Of a DNA stretch of 64,000 nucleotides, positions 14,601 to 29,600 are shown piece by piece; within the stretch, counting starts at the first letter, position 1, and every line of letters begins with the position of its first letter. The stretch comes from Proteromonas lacertae (lineage: Eukaryota), in the NCBI GenBank assembly GCA_002245135.1, contig NGBS01000614.1:1-64000 (forward strand), given 5' to 3'. The notes under the pieces were generated by a model that did not search any database, was not told the DNA's origin, and saw only the letters and a program-made list of their open reading frames with translations. The translations under genes and the position numbers were made by a program.

Positions 14601-17600
14601 TTGTTGTAGATACCAATACTTTTGTTAATATTGATGAACATTCTGTTTCTATTTTCTCTTTTACTGATTCACTTGTATCTATTTCATTATTTACATTTAC
14701 TGTACAATTATTGTCTAATGATATATCAAAAGTACCATAAACAGCAACACCATTTTCATTTTGTGTCAAATTCAATTCACTATTATAATGTTCAATTCCA
14801 TTAGGTAATAATATAAATGCTTCCTCTCCATCTTTTATGGTTAAAGGTCCAGCAGATTGATGACTTAATGCAGTAAATGTAATATCATAAACAATACCAC
14901 CTCTCTCATTCTGACCATTAACACTTGTTACATGTATTTCATCGATATTTTCCATCTTATACAACACATTCTCAATATATTCAGGTGATGCATCTACTGG
15001 TATATAATCACTAACAGTAACTAAATGTAATGCACATCTTGGACAATGTGTTGAGTCGAATTGAATCTTATATTGACCAATGATTGGTTCATCTGTTTGA
15101 ACTGTATATTCTAATCTTACTATATCTTCTACAGAGACATATTCTGCACATGTATATTGTGGATATTTCACTATCTTTGGTAATGATAATTGTCTTGCTA
15201 ATGGACTCCATACGTATTTACCATTACTATTCATATACTTCAAATTATTACCAAATCGGATTGTCCATTTACGACAATTCACTGTTTCGAATGGACAATC
15301 TTTTACTTCTGATATTGTGACATTAAATCTATTATCTTGTGGTGAAGTTACTTTATATAAATGTGCGAAATTATTAGCAATTTGTTCTTCTTCATCAATC
15401 ACACTAAAATCAAATGATCTATCTTCCCATTCTAATGTAAATGTTCCATAGATTAAACCGCCTGGTCTTACTTTAGTTACTGTATAGGTAATATTATTAT
15501 TATTGCTGTTATTCTCTTGTAATATCAATAATCTTGGTTTGTTACTACTCTTATCGAAATATAATCCACTTATATCTAATTCTAATAATGGTAAATTACC
15601 ACTTAATGAATCTGACATAAATGTAATTAAGAATGAATAACCTCCATATTGGAATGTTTCTACATTTACTTCAACTTCACCACCATCACCATCATCTTTT
15701 AATACTTTTTCTATAGCTTTCTTAATATTTTCAGCTGTTGTATTCATATCACTAGCATCAAATTCTATATTTGAAGTATTGTATATTTCTGATGCATTCT
15801 TTGGTGTTAATGAAATTGAGAATGATCCTTTTAATTCAGCACCTTCTCTTATTGTATTAAATTGTGGTTTAACTACTACTCCAGATTCAATTGCTGTTTC
15901 TGATGTTGAAGTAAAATCTACTGTTAGTGATATTCTCATGATTACCTTGTTTATTATAATATAATTCAAGTCTAAATCCACCAGCATATACAGATTCATT
16001 ATTATTATCATCTAATCTTCTTTCATTATCATTATATCCGATAACTTTACTTGGACTTCTGTAATATAATATCTTCACTTTATCAACACATTTATTATTT
16101 TCACATAATATTTCAGTTTGATCAGATCCATCTTCCCAATTTCGTCTTACAGTAATTGATGGAATTGTTAATTCATAACTTAATGAATTATCATTACTGT
16201 ATGTAATCTTCAACTTTCCACTATCTACATATGAATATTTTGCTATTCTTATCACATCAATATTACTTTCATTTCCATCTTGATTAACAGTTGTAATTTC
16301 TGGTGTTGGAATTACTCCTTCAAATCCATCTATTGATATATCATAAGTTCTACCAGTAATTACATTTGCATCTTTATATATTGTTACATTCACTGTTGGA
16401 ATATTCAAAGCAGCTCTAAATGCATTCTGTATACTAAATTGGCCATCTCTTAAGAAATAATAGAAAGTACAACCTCCTGGACAGTATGTGTTTTCAGATA
16501 GATTAATTTCATCGTAATGAACTCTAATTACAGTTTCTGGATCTAAATAAGATCCTTCTTCTATTACTTTATTCTTAAAACATTCATCATTACTGATTAA
16601 TATTGGGAAATCACCTAAAACTGGAGAGAATTCACATTCATATGAATAATTACCACCACTACATACAATTAAATCATTTATATTAAATATTGCATTTTGT
16701 GGTAATGGGGAAATCAATTTCTTTATAAAATCTGTCAATTTCTTTGCATCTAAATGATCAGCGTCTAAATATAATTTCAATGTCTTTGAAGGTATTATAA
16801 ACCATTTCATATCAGCTGATTCACTATCACCATCATTATCATTATCTACTAAATGATATATTCTATATTTTGGAACTGTTAAACTAACAAAGTGTGTTGT
16901 TTCAATATCACAGGATGTAATGTTAAATGATAATTTTCTATTGACATTCGTTGTTGGAGAAATTGTGTAATTTACATTATCAGTTTGATCTTTATCCTCT
17001 AAATCAATCACTATTTCTTGAACTTCTTTATCTGTTGGACTTGAAATAGTTATTCTTTGAATCTCTTTTATATAATATTCTTCTGATCCAATTGTCAATT
17101 CTAATACTGTTTCATTCAATATACTATCTGGAATTGTTAATGTATATTTTGGATCAACTGTTGCATTAGCTTTATATTCAATATCATGTATTTCATTATA
17201 AACAGGAGTTTCATAGTTAAATTGATACTTCTGTAATTTAATATCTTCAGTCACTTCTAATACTTGACTTTCTCTTTCTAATAATAATGTATGATTCTTT
17301 GAATCTCTAAAATCAGGGTATAAACTATGTTCAAATATATAACCAGCTAATGTATAACCTCCATCTTGGATTGGTGGTAAATATTCAGTATAAACATCAT
17401 TTGGTAATGCAGAATGATCTAATGTAAGATTTCGTGGAGGATGTGGTGGTTTATTAGCCAATAAGAATTCAGCTTTATCATACACAAATGGTCCAGCTCC
17501 AATCAAATTTACTGGTTGTATTCTAATATATAATGTTGGATCTAACAATTGACTAACTCCAGTCATCATATTTCTATATCCAATTGTACATTCTGTTGTG

Positions 17601-20600
17601 TTACATAACTTAATAAATGAAGAAGAGAATGAACTTTGTGTATCCCATTCTAATATATAATATATTATTGGACTACCTCCATCTCCACCGTATATTGGTA
17701 GTTCTTGACTTGGTTCATCCCAAGATACTTTTACTTCATATTTTGACCATACTTCATATGTTAAATTGTATATTTGACCTGGTACAAATAATCCACCTTG
17801 TAATTTGATTGGATCTGACATTATTCCATCTCCACAATCTGTGTTTGCAAATATTCTTGCATAATATGTCTGCTTTACTGGTAAATGAATATTATACCAA
17901 ATTAAATCATTTTCAAAACTACTTATATTTGTTAAAACTACATAGTAACCTGAATATGGCAAATTATAGAAATCTGGTGTGAAATCCCATTGAATTGTGT
18001 AATTAATAACTTTAGAACCATGTAAATTGGATGGTGGATTAAATACAACTTTTACTATATCTTCAGCTAATGGGATTGTTGTGATATTTGTCACCACATC
18101 TGCTTCACTGCATGACTTTCTTGATCTTGGTTCTGACATGTTATAAACACTATAACCTGCTTTATTATGTGATCTTACTAATATTGTATAATATTCACCA
18201 ATTGTTAAATCACTTACCAAAGAACTCGTAGTTGTATTACCTTCAATAAATAAGTGTTTCAAATCATTACAATTTCCTATTTTTTGTTTGCTAATAATTG
18301 CTGCACTTGGTCCAGTTAATTGTGAATTAACAATCAACCTTCCTTCATTATTCAAATTACCAATAAATGTAATTATATAATCATAACCCATACCATTTCT
18401 TATTCTTGTCACATTAACTTCTGGAATTGCCATTAGTGTTTCTAAGGCTGTTTTAATATCCATTTCTGTTGCATCTGGATATAACCTATAAGTACAATCT
18501 ATTAAATGTAAATTATCTTCATAACATATTGTATAATATCCACATATTGTGTTAATACCATATCTTTCTTTTCTTACAATTACTTTATCTATACCTTCTG
18601 TATTACTAACGTTTATATTTGGTAATTCACCGAAATTAGCTATGAATTCAAATGAGCATCTTAATCTATATTCATTAGTTTCATTCTTAACATTACAATG
18701 TATTTTTGTTGTACCAACATTATGGAAATAATAGAAGTTTCTTTCTAATGATTTAACCATTTCTTCTTCATCTGTTAATAATGGTATTGCAGGTGTTGAA
18801 TCACCAAACATTGTCAATGTAATAGACACATCAGGAGTATAACTCTTAGTATAAATATCAATTATCTGTATATCAGTGTAAGTTGTAAATGGATCAATCT
18901 TCACATCACCACTAGATATTGTGATTATTGTTGTATCTGCATCACAATTACCACTGTAATAAGATATATCGTAATAATCAATTGGAGTATTACCATTATA
19001 ATCAGATAAACTCCATGAGACATTCACTGTTGATTCATTATATTGATAACTCATAATATTATATGGTGCACTTGGTGGTTCTAATAATGTAATTGATTTT
19101 ACATCTGTAAATTTTCCAATTCCTTTGATATTTGCAGCAGCAACTCTCACATAATAAGTACCTAATTCTAAATCTCTTAAGAATATCTGATATGGTAAAC
19201 TACCTCTAACTGCTTTGGATATATGAATACTACCATCATCATCATTTTGTGGGTAAATGGTAATATAAGAGAGATCACCATAACCATTGATAAGTTCATG
19301 TGATAAATACATAAACTCTACTGTATAAATATGATGATCACCATTCTGTTGATAATGAACATTGACTTTGTGTAATGATAATAATGAATTCAATTCTGAT
19401 TGTATTGTTTTTGCTAATTCTTTAGCTTTATTACTTTCAAATGTAATATTGTTGGTATGTTCACCTTCAAATATCAATTGGAATTCATAATCTAATTCAC
19501 TTTCATTTATATCTATTACTTGTGTTTCTCTATTATAACTACTTGGATATATATTACAATTACCTTCTTGTATTCTTTCTACATATATCACTTTATCATT
19601 TTCATTAATTGGGGGAATATCAATTTCTAATAATCCTAAACTACCACATATTCCATTGAATGTAATCTTATAATAAGTCAATTTATTTGCTTCTAATACT
19701 TCTAATTCTATTGGTTGACCTGGTTCATCATCTAAGTTTGTCAAATATAATAAATCAAATATAATATCTCTATCAGATTCACTCTTTCTTATTGTTATAT
19801 TTCTACCACCATAATAAACATTAAACATATCTATATCAGTAACAATCTGTTGAATTTCAGGTACTTTTCTTAACACAACCTCAGTATAATTATCTGTAAA
19901 TGCATTCTCTGTATTGTACTGTATTATATATCTATTAATATCATTACCACCATCTTCTTTTGGTTTATCAAAGTGAACACTGAAGAAATCTTTACCTGAA
20001 TATATTCCTAAGTTGAAGGATAATGGTTCTGATGGATATTCTGAATTTTCTAATACAAATGGTGTTGAAACTACTGAATATCCATAACCTAATTGATTCA
20101 TTGCAGATACTCTTAAATAATAAGATACAAATGGAATTAAAGAGTGGTATTTCATACTATATGCTGTGTTTGGAATTGCATCATTTTCTTCGATTAATTT
20201 CATTGTTAATACATCATCACTATTGTCATTAGTTGATTCTCTACAGTTTATATCTATATAACTTCCATTCAATGTAAATGTTAAATCCTCATCATAAACA
20301 CTAATAAAATGTTCTGTTTTCAATAAGAAGTAAGTTGCTGATGTAATATTCACTACTAAACCTTCCTTTAAGAAATTCTCTAATAAATCTTTAATTGTTA
20401 ATGTATTAGCAGCTACACATATTGAGCCAGTCTTCTCTTTATTAGTGTAATCTAATTGATATGATTTTATCTCTTCATTATTATCACCTAGAGGTATTCT
20501 AACATAATATATTCTTGGCTTTGTTCCTATAACAATTGAATACTTTTCATTTCCATATGGTATGTAATTTGATACTAATAGTCCTCTGCCTGTTAATTTG

Positions 20601-23600
20601 GTCGTATTTAATGAATATGTATTTAATGAATAATCGATTATCTTTGGTAATAATAATATATCGATTCCTGATGTTGTGGTATAGTATATTCTTTCTATTT
20701 CTGTATTAAGATATTCATCATTTCTACATTCTTTATTAATACATTCTACTTCAAATAATTTTGAATTTATTTGATTAATTATTCTATATTTATCAGCATA
20801 TATAGTCAATGTAGTATTTTCAGGGAAATCAAATCCTTTGCTTATTCTTAAATATGTTTTATTCACATCTTCATTCATTAATACACCAAATCCATTGTAT
20901 AATTCCATATGATTCATTACATATAAATACACTGAAGCAATATGATCATCTGATACTAAATCTTCTTCAATCTCTTTTTCTAATTCTTCAGTTGTATTTT
21001 GAATATTAAATCCTTTCGTAGATTCATAATTACCAAACTTCAATTTGAATTCACCACTTAATTCATTTGTATTATCAGTTATTGATGAATAGAGAGGTCT
21101 GAATACTTGAATTACTGGAGTTGATCCTTTTACATGTCTATAATTAACCGTAAATAATTCATGATAACCAATAGGATTTCTTATTACAATATCATATAAA
21201 ACACTATACAAATGTTCATGGTATAAATGAGATGTATAGTTATCATATCTTTCTCTTGTATGTATAAATACATCAACAGTTAAACCGAATGTGTTCTTCA
21301 TAATTAATGTCAATTCATAAGCAGTAACATTCATTGAAATATATTCACTTGTAATATTTCTATATGTAATAATAAAATAACCTGTTGGTAATGGTGTTTC
21401 ACTATCATACTCTTTATCTTCTTCAGCATTAACAAATACATCTAATAATATAGTTTGTCTATCATATCTACCAAAAACACAGCTATATCCATTTACAAAT
21501 TGATTATCTAATGAAGTAAAACATTTAGATTGATTATTGGCTATTATATCAGAATCATATAATATATAATTTGGCTGGACATATTTTCCACCTATTTCAT
21601 TTCCTTTATTTGTAAATAACTTCAATGATTCAGCTTCATATTCCTGTAAGAAATTGATTGTATATTTCAATATATTGATTTTACTTTCTCTTGGAATTAC
21701 ACTACAAATAACATCAACAGGTGATAATGTCTTTATTCCACTCAAAGCAAAGGTTACATTCTCAGCATCACATTTATCACTTATATAAATCTTCCAAGTA
21801 TGTTCACCTTTGTAATATATTCTATAATATTCATATTCATTCAAATGATATTTCTCTAAATCTATTTCATATGTAAAACTACCAAATGTAGATGTTTCTT
21901 CAAACCATTCTATTTTATAATTCAATATTTCATCACCATTTGAATCACTTTCTTCAAAATCAACTTTTATTGAATTTCCACTTAATTTTTCCACTTTAAG
22001 ATTTGTTGGTGCTAATGGTTTTTGATGTACATGATTCTGTACTGGTATTATTCCTCTACCAATATTCTGTTCTTCAGTTGTATTGATACTTCTACCTATT
22101 TCATTGATTGAGTTTAATTTAATATAATAGTCTTTATTCTTAATAATATCTTCTCCTTCTAGTATAAATGATGTGGCTGGTCTTCTTCCACTAATATGAG
22201 TAACCTTACAAATGACATTATTATTATTATTATCACTTTCACAACCTAATGCTGGAATTACTGGTAAATTACTTTCAAATTTGATATTATAATGGTTTGT
22301 ATTTTCTTCTATTGTTCTGGATACTTTGACTCTACCAAATGAATGCCATTTTTGTTCTAAATAAAATTGTAATTCCACCGGTTCAATATTTGCATCAATA
22401 GTAATATTTTCTTCTTCTTCATATCTATAACTCAATGTAATTGTTGGTGATATATCACTATTATGATTATAAGTAATATCAATATTTTGTTCAGATATTA
22501 TTAGATTCTCTAATTCTATTTTTTCACTAAACTTTAATTCTTTCATTTCAGTACCTTCTTGAATTATTGTCACATTGAATCTATAATTATTATTGCTATT
22601 ATGTGTTGTATAAGTGTTTGGATATTTACCATTGTAGGATGTAAAGGTAATTAACCATGAATATTCATTCAAATAAGTTGGACCATATCGAGATATTTCG
22701 ACACTTCCTACTCCTGGTAATGATTCAATATTCTTCTTCAATTCTTCAGCTGTTATTGAAACAGATAAGTCTTCAGTATATTTGATTTTGAATATTTCTA
22801 GATTTGATTGAGTTGTTGTTTTTGCTTTACTACACTCAACTTTATAATTATTATGAATAACCTTACATATATCACCATTTATTTCAACATAATCACCAAC
22901 TACTAAATCTATCTTACTTTCATTAAATTTCAACTCATTATCTGTTATACAACCAATTCCTACAAATGTATCCATTTCATAGATTGCTAAACTATCTTCA
23001 GTAACAGATACATAATTATCCAAAATAATTCTTCTATCAGTATCATCAATTTCCAATACTTTATATATAAAACCATTAATCATAATCAATTTATTAACAT
23101 ATAATCTACTCATCTCAATCTCATTATTATTATAATACACTATATTTGTATTAATCTTTGTAGAACAATTACCAATCTCTTTATTATAAGATCCAACTGT
23201 ATTAAAACCAATTCTAAATGTACCTTCTACAACTTTACTATCATCATTACTGTATGTTGATAATTCTACTACTGGATGTAATAATGCCTTTGATGGAGAT
23301 GGTGTTTCTATCTTTGTAACTGTAATTAATTCAATATGAATAACTCTTATTGAACATTTTCCTTTAACTACTTTAATCATTGGTAAATCAAGTGTATTAT
23401 TGTATAATGATATGAAATTAATCATAACCTCAGTTTCGTTTCTTTCTACAGTTATTTCTTCAATTTGTGGTAAATACAATAACATCATTTTCTTATATAT
23501 TTCAGCAGTTGAAGAAATATCAAAACATTCAGTTCTTTCACCATTAAATTCTAATGAAATTGTACCATTTATACTTGAATTAACAGGAATATGAATGATC

Positions 23601-26600
23601 TGTGTTTCTATTGTTCTATAACCATATTCATATTCGAAATAGGTAATAGGTGATCCATTATCACCATAGATTGTATTACTATCAGGATTATCATATTCTA
23701 CTAACAAACTATCATTTGTATAGGCTCTATATTCTATTCTGGATGGTAAATCAGGTTCAGCTGCTGGATAGATTGGTGTTGTATATACTGCTGGTTCACT
23801 TACTACACTTGTGGTTGGTGTAATTGCTCTGACTTGAATATAATAATTCAATCCTTTTATTAACTTGGTAATGTTAAACTCAGTGTTTTCTTCACCATCT
23901 AATTCTTCTTCTCCTAATGGAATTAATTTCTTTGCAAAACAATTACTATCATCTTTAGTACATTGGCTATTGAATGAATCAATTATATCCCAATACAATC
24001 TATAACCTTTAATGATATATTCTGGATTAACTTCAGGGTAATTTCTATATTGGGGAATATTCCACTTCACATTTAATGAGTTTGCATCAATTATTGATAC
24101 TTCTAAATCTAATGGTTTTGATGGTGGTGGAACTATTGATTCTAATAATGAAGCTACAGCATAATCACTTCCATTAACTGCATTAATTGCACTTACTCTA
24201 CAATATAAATATGAATTTATAGAAGTATCTATTGAAAACACAGTTGAATATATCTTTCTACCTGATTGAACAGCTGTAATATCAAAATCAATGAAATCTA
24301 AATATTCTTTATCACTATCACCACTAGTTTTATTTTCATAATATAAACCATATTTATAAACTGTTAATTGTTTTGATAAATCACCATTGTATATTGAACT
24401 ATCAAATGATACAGTCCATGTATAACCATACTCTAATATATTTCTCTTCACAGTTACTCTATTAATATTGAATAATTTCTCTAACTTTATCTTCATCTGT
24501 TGTGATGTCATATCATATTCCATTGGTTCTGTAAAATGATTGTTATATCTTAAAACAAATGATCCTTTTATTGGTTGTTTTGATGATAATGTAATTCTAA
24601 TAATATGAGGTAATTGAGATTCTACAATTGGGGAGATATTCTCACTAATAACATCAGCTTTATCTTCATCAAAACTATTCATTGTAGAAAATTGGGTATT
24701 GAATGATAATATTGGAACACCACCATCTGTTACAGAGTTTGACCAATCAAATAATATCTCATGATCTGATAATAATCTAATAGCTGGATGTGTTAATACA
24801 TGTGGTGGAGCTGTATCTGGTATATTGGTTAATACTTTGTTATTTTCACTACATCCTTCTTTATTACAAGCCATTATTTGAGCATATACTCTTTTTCCTT
24901 GTTCTAATTCTGGTATTAATGTGTTTTGTACTCTTATTATTGTAGCATTAGCTTCATAACCTGATGCACCAATTAGGGAATAATCATTTACTATTAACAT
25001 TGTTGGATTTCTGTTTTCAGTAAATTCTACTAACCATTCATAACCATTATCTCTAATTCTAGATGATACTTCAACTCTTCCTATTGTTTCTAATCTATTT
25101 AATTCACTTGACACTACACTAGCTGATGCAGATGCTGATATTTGATTCGTATGTTGTTTAGTATATATTAAACACTTGATAGAGAGTAAATATGGAGCTA
25201 CTTTTGTAGTAGAAGCAACTGAATATAAATCATTGCTATAGGCTAATACTATTCTTCTATTCTTTAAATCTGAAGATGGATGAATTCTATATTCATTTGA
25301 TTCATTTGGTTCATATAAATAGATATAATCACCAATATGTAAATCAACTAATATTCTGTTTTCTAATTCAATCACTGTATTATCTGTGTCATTAACTACT
25401 GTAAATTCACCAACCAAATTCTTTGATCTTAATATATATCCATTTGTTATTTTAACATCTTCATTTGGTTTATTTTCAACACATAATTCTTTAGTAGTTT
25501 CATTATAAATAGCAATACCATTATTCTCATTACATACTTTATACACTTCACCATTAATTTGAATCTTTTCATATGGTAATAATTGTATATCACTTTCCTT
25601 ATCAACTTTAATAATACCATTTTCTATTGAAACACAATGTATGCAAATTGGATTATCATAATCATAAACATTATCAACATTACCATAGAATACACTGAAA
25701 GTACCTCCAATGTTACTAACATCACTTACAGTAATAATCTTCTGCTTATGATAATCAACAGGTATTTCAGAGATTGTATTAGCATCTTCAAACAATTCAT
25801 TATCTGCATAGATAATATTATAATAAGTTATATAATCAGACCATTTTAATGGATCTTCATATACAGCTTCTAATGTTGTATTGTCATATAGATTTAATGA
25901 TAATATTTCTATTGGTGGAGGAAGTGGTACATATATTATTTCAACATCTTCAGATTGTAATTCACCATTACCTTTATCATTATGAGCTGATACTCTAAAG
26001 TGATATGTTCTGCCAATTACTGCATCTTTTATTGTGAATTGAGTGTTATTTGTTGTTACATATTTATATCTTAATGGAATAATTGGTTCTATTAACTTGA
26101 AAGTAGCATTTGAATTTTTACCATCAATATGTCTATATTCAAATTTATTTGAATCTATTTGGTAATGATTATTCTTAAATTCAATATTATGTGATTCTTT
26201 TGAATCTTTTGTATCATCAGAAGCACCTTTTGTATTTCTAATTACATCAATATCACCAATTGATGGTATTTGTAATAATGGACTTCTAAATCCAACATCA
26301 TATTCATATAATGGAACAGTATAATAACGATCATATATTTTCACATTTCTCAATTCATCATCAATTGGAGTTGAACTATCTAAATTGATAATTGTGTGGT
26401 TATTTTCAGTTAATGTAAAGTTCTCAATAATACATACACTACCATCAATCATGATCTTATTATCAAGATATATTTCTCTCATTATATTTTCATCTACTTC
26501 TATACTTATAGTTGATAATGAATTTCCTAAACCTGGTAATTCTCTAATATAATCACCATAATACATCATATATTTGAATGAACCAGCTGTAGCTTCTCTT

Positions 26601-29600
26601 GTTATATTCCTTTGAACTACTGGGAATTGTCCATTAAATGGTTCAAAATGATATGGTTCATATTCTTCAACGATATAATAATCAATTTCACCTCCATTTC
26701 CATTACCTTTTTCCCATTCTAAATCAATACCATTTATTGTATAGTGTGTTTGTACAGTTACTTGTTTTGGAATGGATCTTGGTATTTCTGATGGTGGATC
26801 TGTTGTTATATATTCACTTGAATAACCTAATGAATTAACAGCAGCCATTTGGATGTAATATTTAACTCCTGTTTCTAAGTTACTGATAATACAAATGTGG
26901 AATAGTTCAGGATAATTTGTTTCACTATATTCATTATTATTATTATCACACATAACTGATTCACTTTCTTCAAATGTATCTGTTTTACTATATCTGACTT
27001 GATATTTATCTATTTTAGCATTACTATCAATAGAAGTTGAACTACCAACATATGTTGGATCTCTATAAGTAATCTCTAAACTTGTTTCATTATATACATA
27101 TAACACTGGTTTACAGTAACTACATCCTTCATATGGTGCTTGTGGTACTTCTGGTCCTATAATTGGTAAAGACATTGGATAAGGCTGACCATGAACTGAT
27201 TCTCCATAACCAACATGAGTATGAGGTGTGATTCTGAAATAGTATTCATTAGGTGGAACTAAGTCAGTTATACGATAATAATCAATATCATTACCTTTAA
27301 CATCAACAACCGTTGAATTGTAATTACCATCATTCTTTACATCATTTTGTTTCATTTCAAGTTTAGGTTGACAATAACCATTATCATCTTCTCCTTTTCT
27401 AATACCAAATGTTGTTGTATCTTTCAGCTTATCCAAATTAACTCCTGAAAATGTAATTGTATATTTCTTATCTTCTTTTTTCTCCACTACTACTGGATAT
27501 GAAACACCTTCCATATTTTGAATAGTATTTTGAATCACATTTGTACTATCATCATCTGCATATAAATACGAACTGCATGGTCTATAATTACCTTCATCAA
27601 TAAAACAGAATTGATAATATTTACCATCTTCACATTTATCAATTTCACTTAATTCATACACAACAGATTGTGTAGCAAATTCTTCAGTTTGCCATTCAAT
27701 CAAATACTTATCAATTTCATCACCTCCAGTATCTATTGGTAATGATATACCAACATCTAATGAAGTAGCTTGTAATTCTCTTGGTTCTGTTACTGGTAGT
27801 TGTTGTACAATTGCTCTATCCACTGAACTACTTGATACTAATGGTAATGCTCTAGTTTCATTTACTGGATTATAACCTAATGTATTAAATATCTTTACTC
27901 TAATAAATATGTATTTTCCTAATGTTCCACTGTATTGAATCTTTATTAAATAATGATCTTTCTTTTCTACTGAAGTGAAATTATCTTCTTGTTTATATGA
28001 ATTTTCAAATTCTTCGTTTTCACTATATTCAGTTACTACACCAACTGGATTTTCACCACTTTCATTAGCAGGTTTATATTCAAAATATACATATACCATA
28101 CTACTGGAAAAATAAACATAATTATTATAAGCACCACCTTGAATATTAGTAACAGCTTCTTTGGGTAGTTGTCTTGTCTTTATATAATCTCCATTATCTT
28201 CAACACATCTTTCTAAGTCTGATTCACATGTTGGTTTAGCTATTGCTTCTTCACTTTCACCTCTAGCATTCTTTGCTGCAACTGTTACTTTATATAATTC
28301 ACCAGCAGATAAATTATATATATTGTAAGTAAACCATTCATATTCATATGTAATAACATCAACAGATATATTGTAAACTTCTGGTTCTGTATTACTACCA
28401 TTTAAATATGCTCTAATTGCATAATTGGTAATATTATCACCTCTATCATCTAAAGGTAATTGCCATTCTACTTTCAGTGATGTTTTATCTTCACGATTAG
28501 CATAAACACTTGCATTAGTTACTGGTAATGGAGTATCACTTGGTATCATTGGATTCTCAACTGCATAACCATATTCACCTTTACCTATTTCATTAATTGC
28601 TCTTACTCTAATATAATATGGTTTTCCTGATGTTAATGTGTCATTTACTATTATATCAGATGAATAATAGATGACAGATTCTGCATTTATTATTGTTATT
28701 GGTTGTATTGGGTTTTTACAGATTGAAATTCCTTTAGTATCATTATCATATTTCATATCAATGATTGTAATGTAATAATAATTTTCATAATTTCTTATTC
28801 TTACTGTAAAATCAGTTGAATTTACATCTCCACAATAACTCAATTGTCTCTTTAATGCATTAAATATTCCATCAACATCATTTACACTAATTAAATCAGA
28901 TTCTCCTCCTCTTAATTTATTCTCTTTCAATTGTATTTTACATTCAGTAACATTATCACATTTAACAGTCAACAATTGAACTCTACTACCAATTGCAACA
29001 TGACAAACATTATTTTCATTTTTACATTCATTTTCACTATCAATTAATGGATATTCAAATGAAGCAGATGCTTTAGCAAAATTAATATCTTCACTCCATT
29101 CAATTTCATAACTATGAATATTATTTCCACCATTATAATGTGGTTGATCATTCATATGGAAATAGACATCTAATTGATGATTATTACTCTTTATTAATTG
29201 TACATTTACTGTTGGAATTAAAGGTGGAACAGCAGTTGGTGATATTGGAGATTGTACTGCTATCATTGGAATACTGAATAATCTACTATCATTAGAATAA
29301 GCAATAACTCTTACATAATATGATTTTGAAGCTGATAAATGATCAATTACATGCTTAGTAACATCTTCTTTTGGATTTATTGGTTCTAATTCTGATTTTG
29401 TAATAGATTCTTCTCTTGATCTTGTTTCTTCCTTTCCTTCTTCAAAATATTTGCTTTCACTGTACTGTATTAAATAGTGAGATATTGTTCCACCACAATA
29501 CCCTTCTGATTTTGGAATATATACTGCTATTGATGTGGTTGATATTGTTTGTAATGTTATATTGGATGAAATGCATGGTATATTCTTCTGAACATTAATG

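Noticed and set aside
10346..15889. Selenocysteine or stop-codon reassignment at the TGA breaks
   Set aside because: Coding continues in a different frame rather than in frame, and TGA, TAA and TAG all terminate conserved genes in this window.
15921..15945. 25-nt GTAAT...CTAACAG intron that would restore frame at the first break of the giant gene
   Set aside because: It fits formally, but it is less AT-rich than the other introns and reads as coding. The other breaks lack equally good introns, so a shared indel explanation is simpler. Not fully excluded.
10346..15945. Euplotes-style AAA-TAR programmed +1 frameshifting
   Set aside because: Codons before the stops are AAT, ATT, ATA, CAA, ATG, CAA and GGT, with no shared slippery motif.
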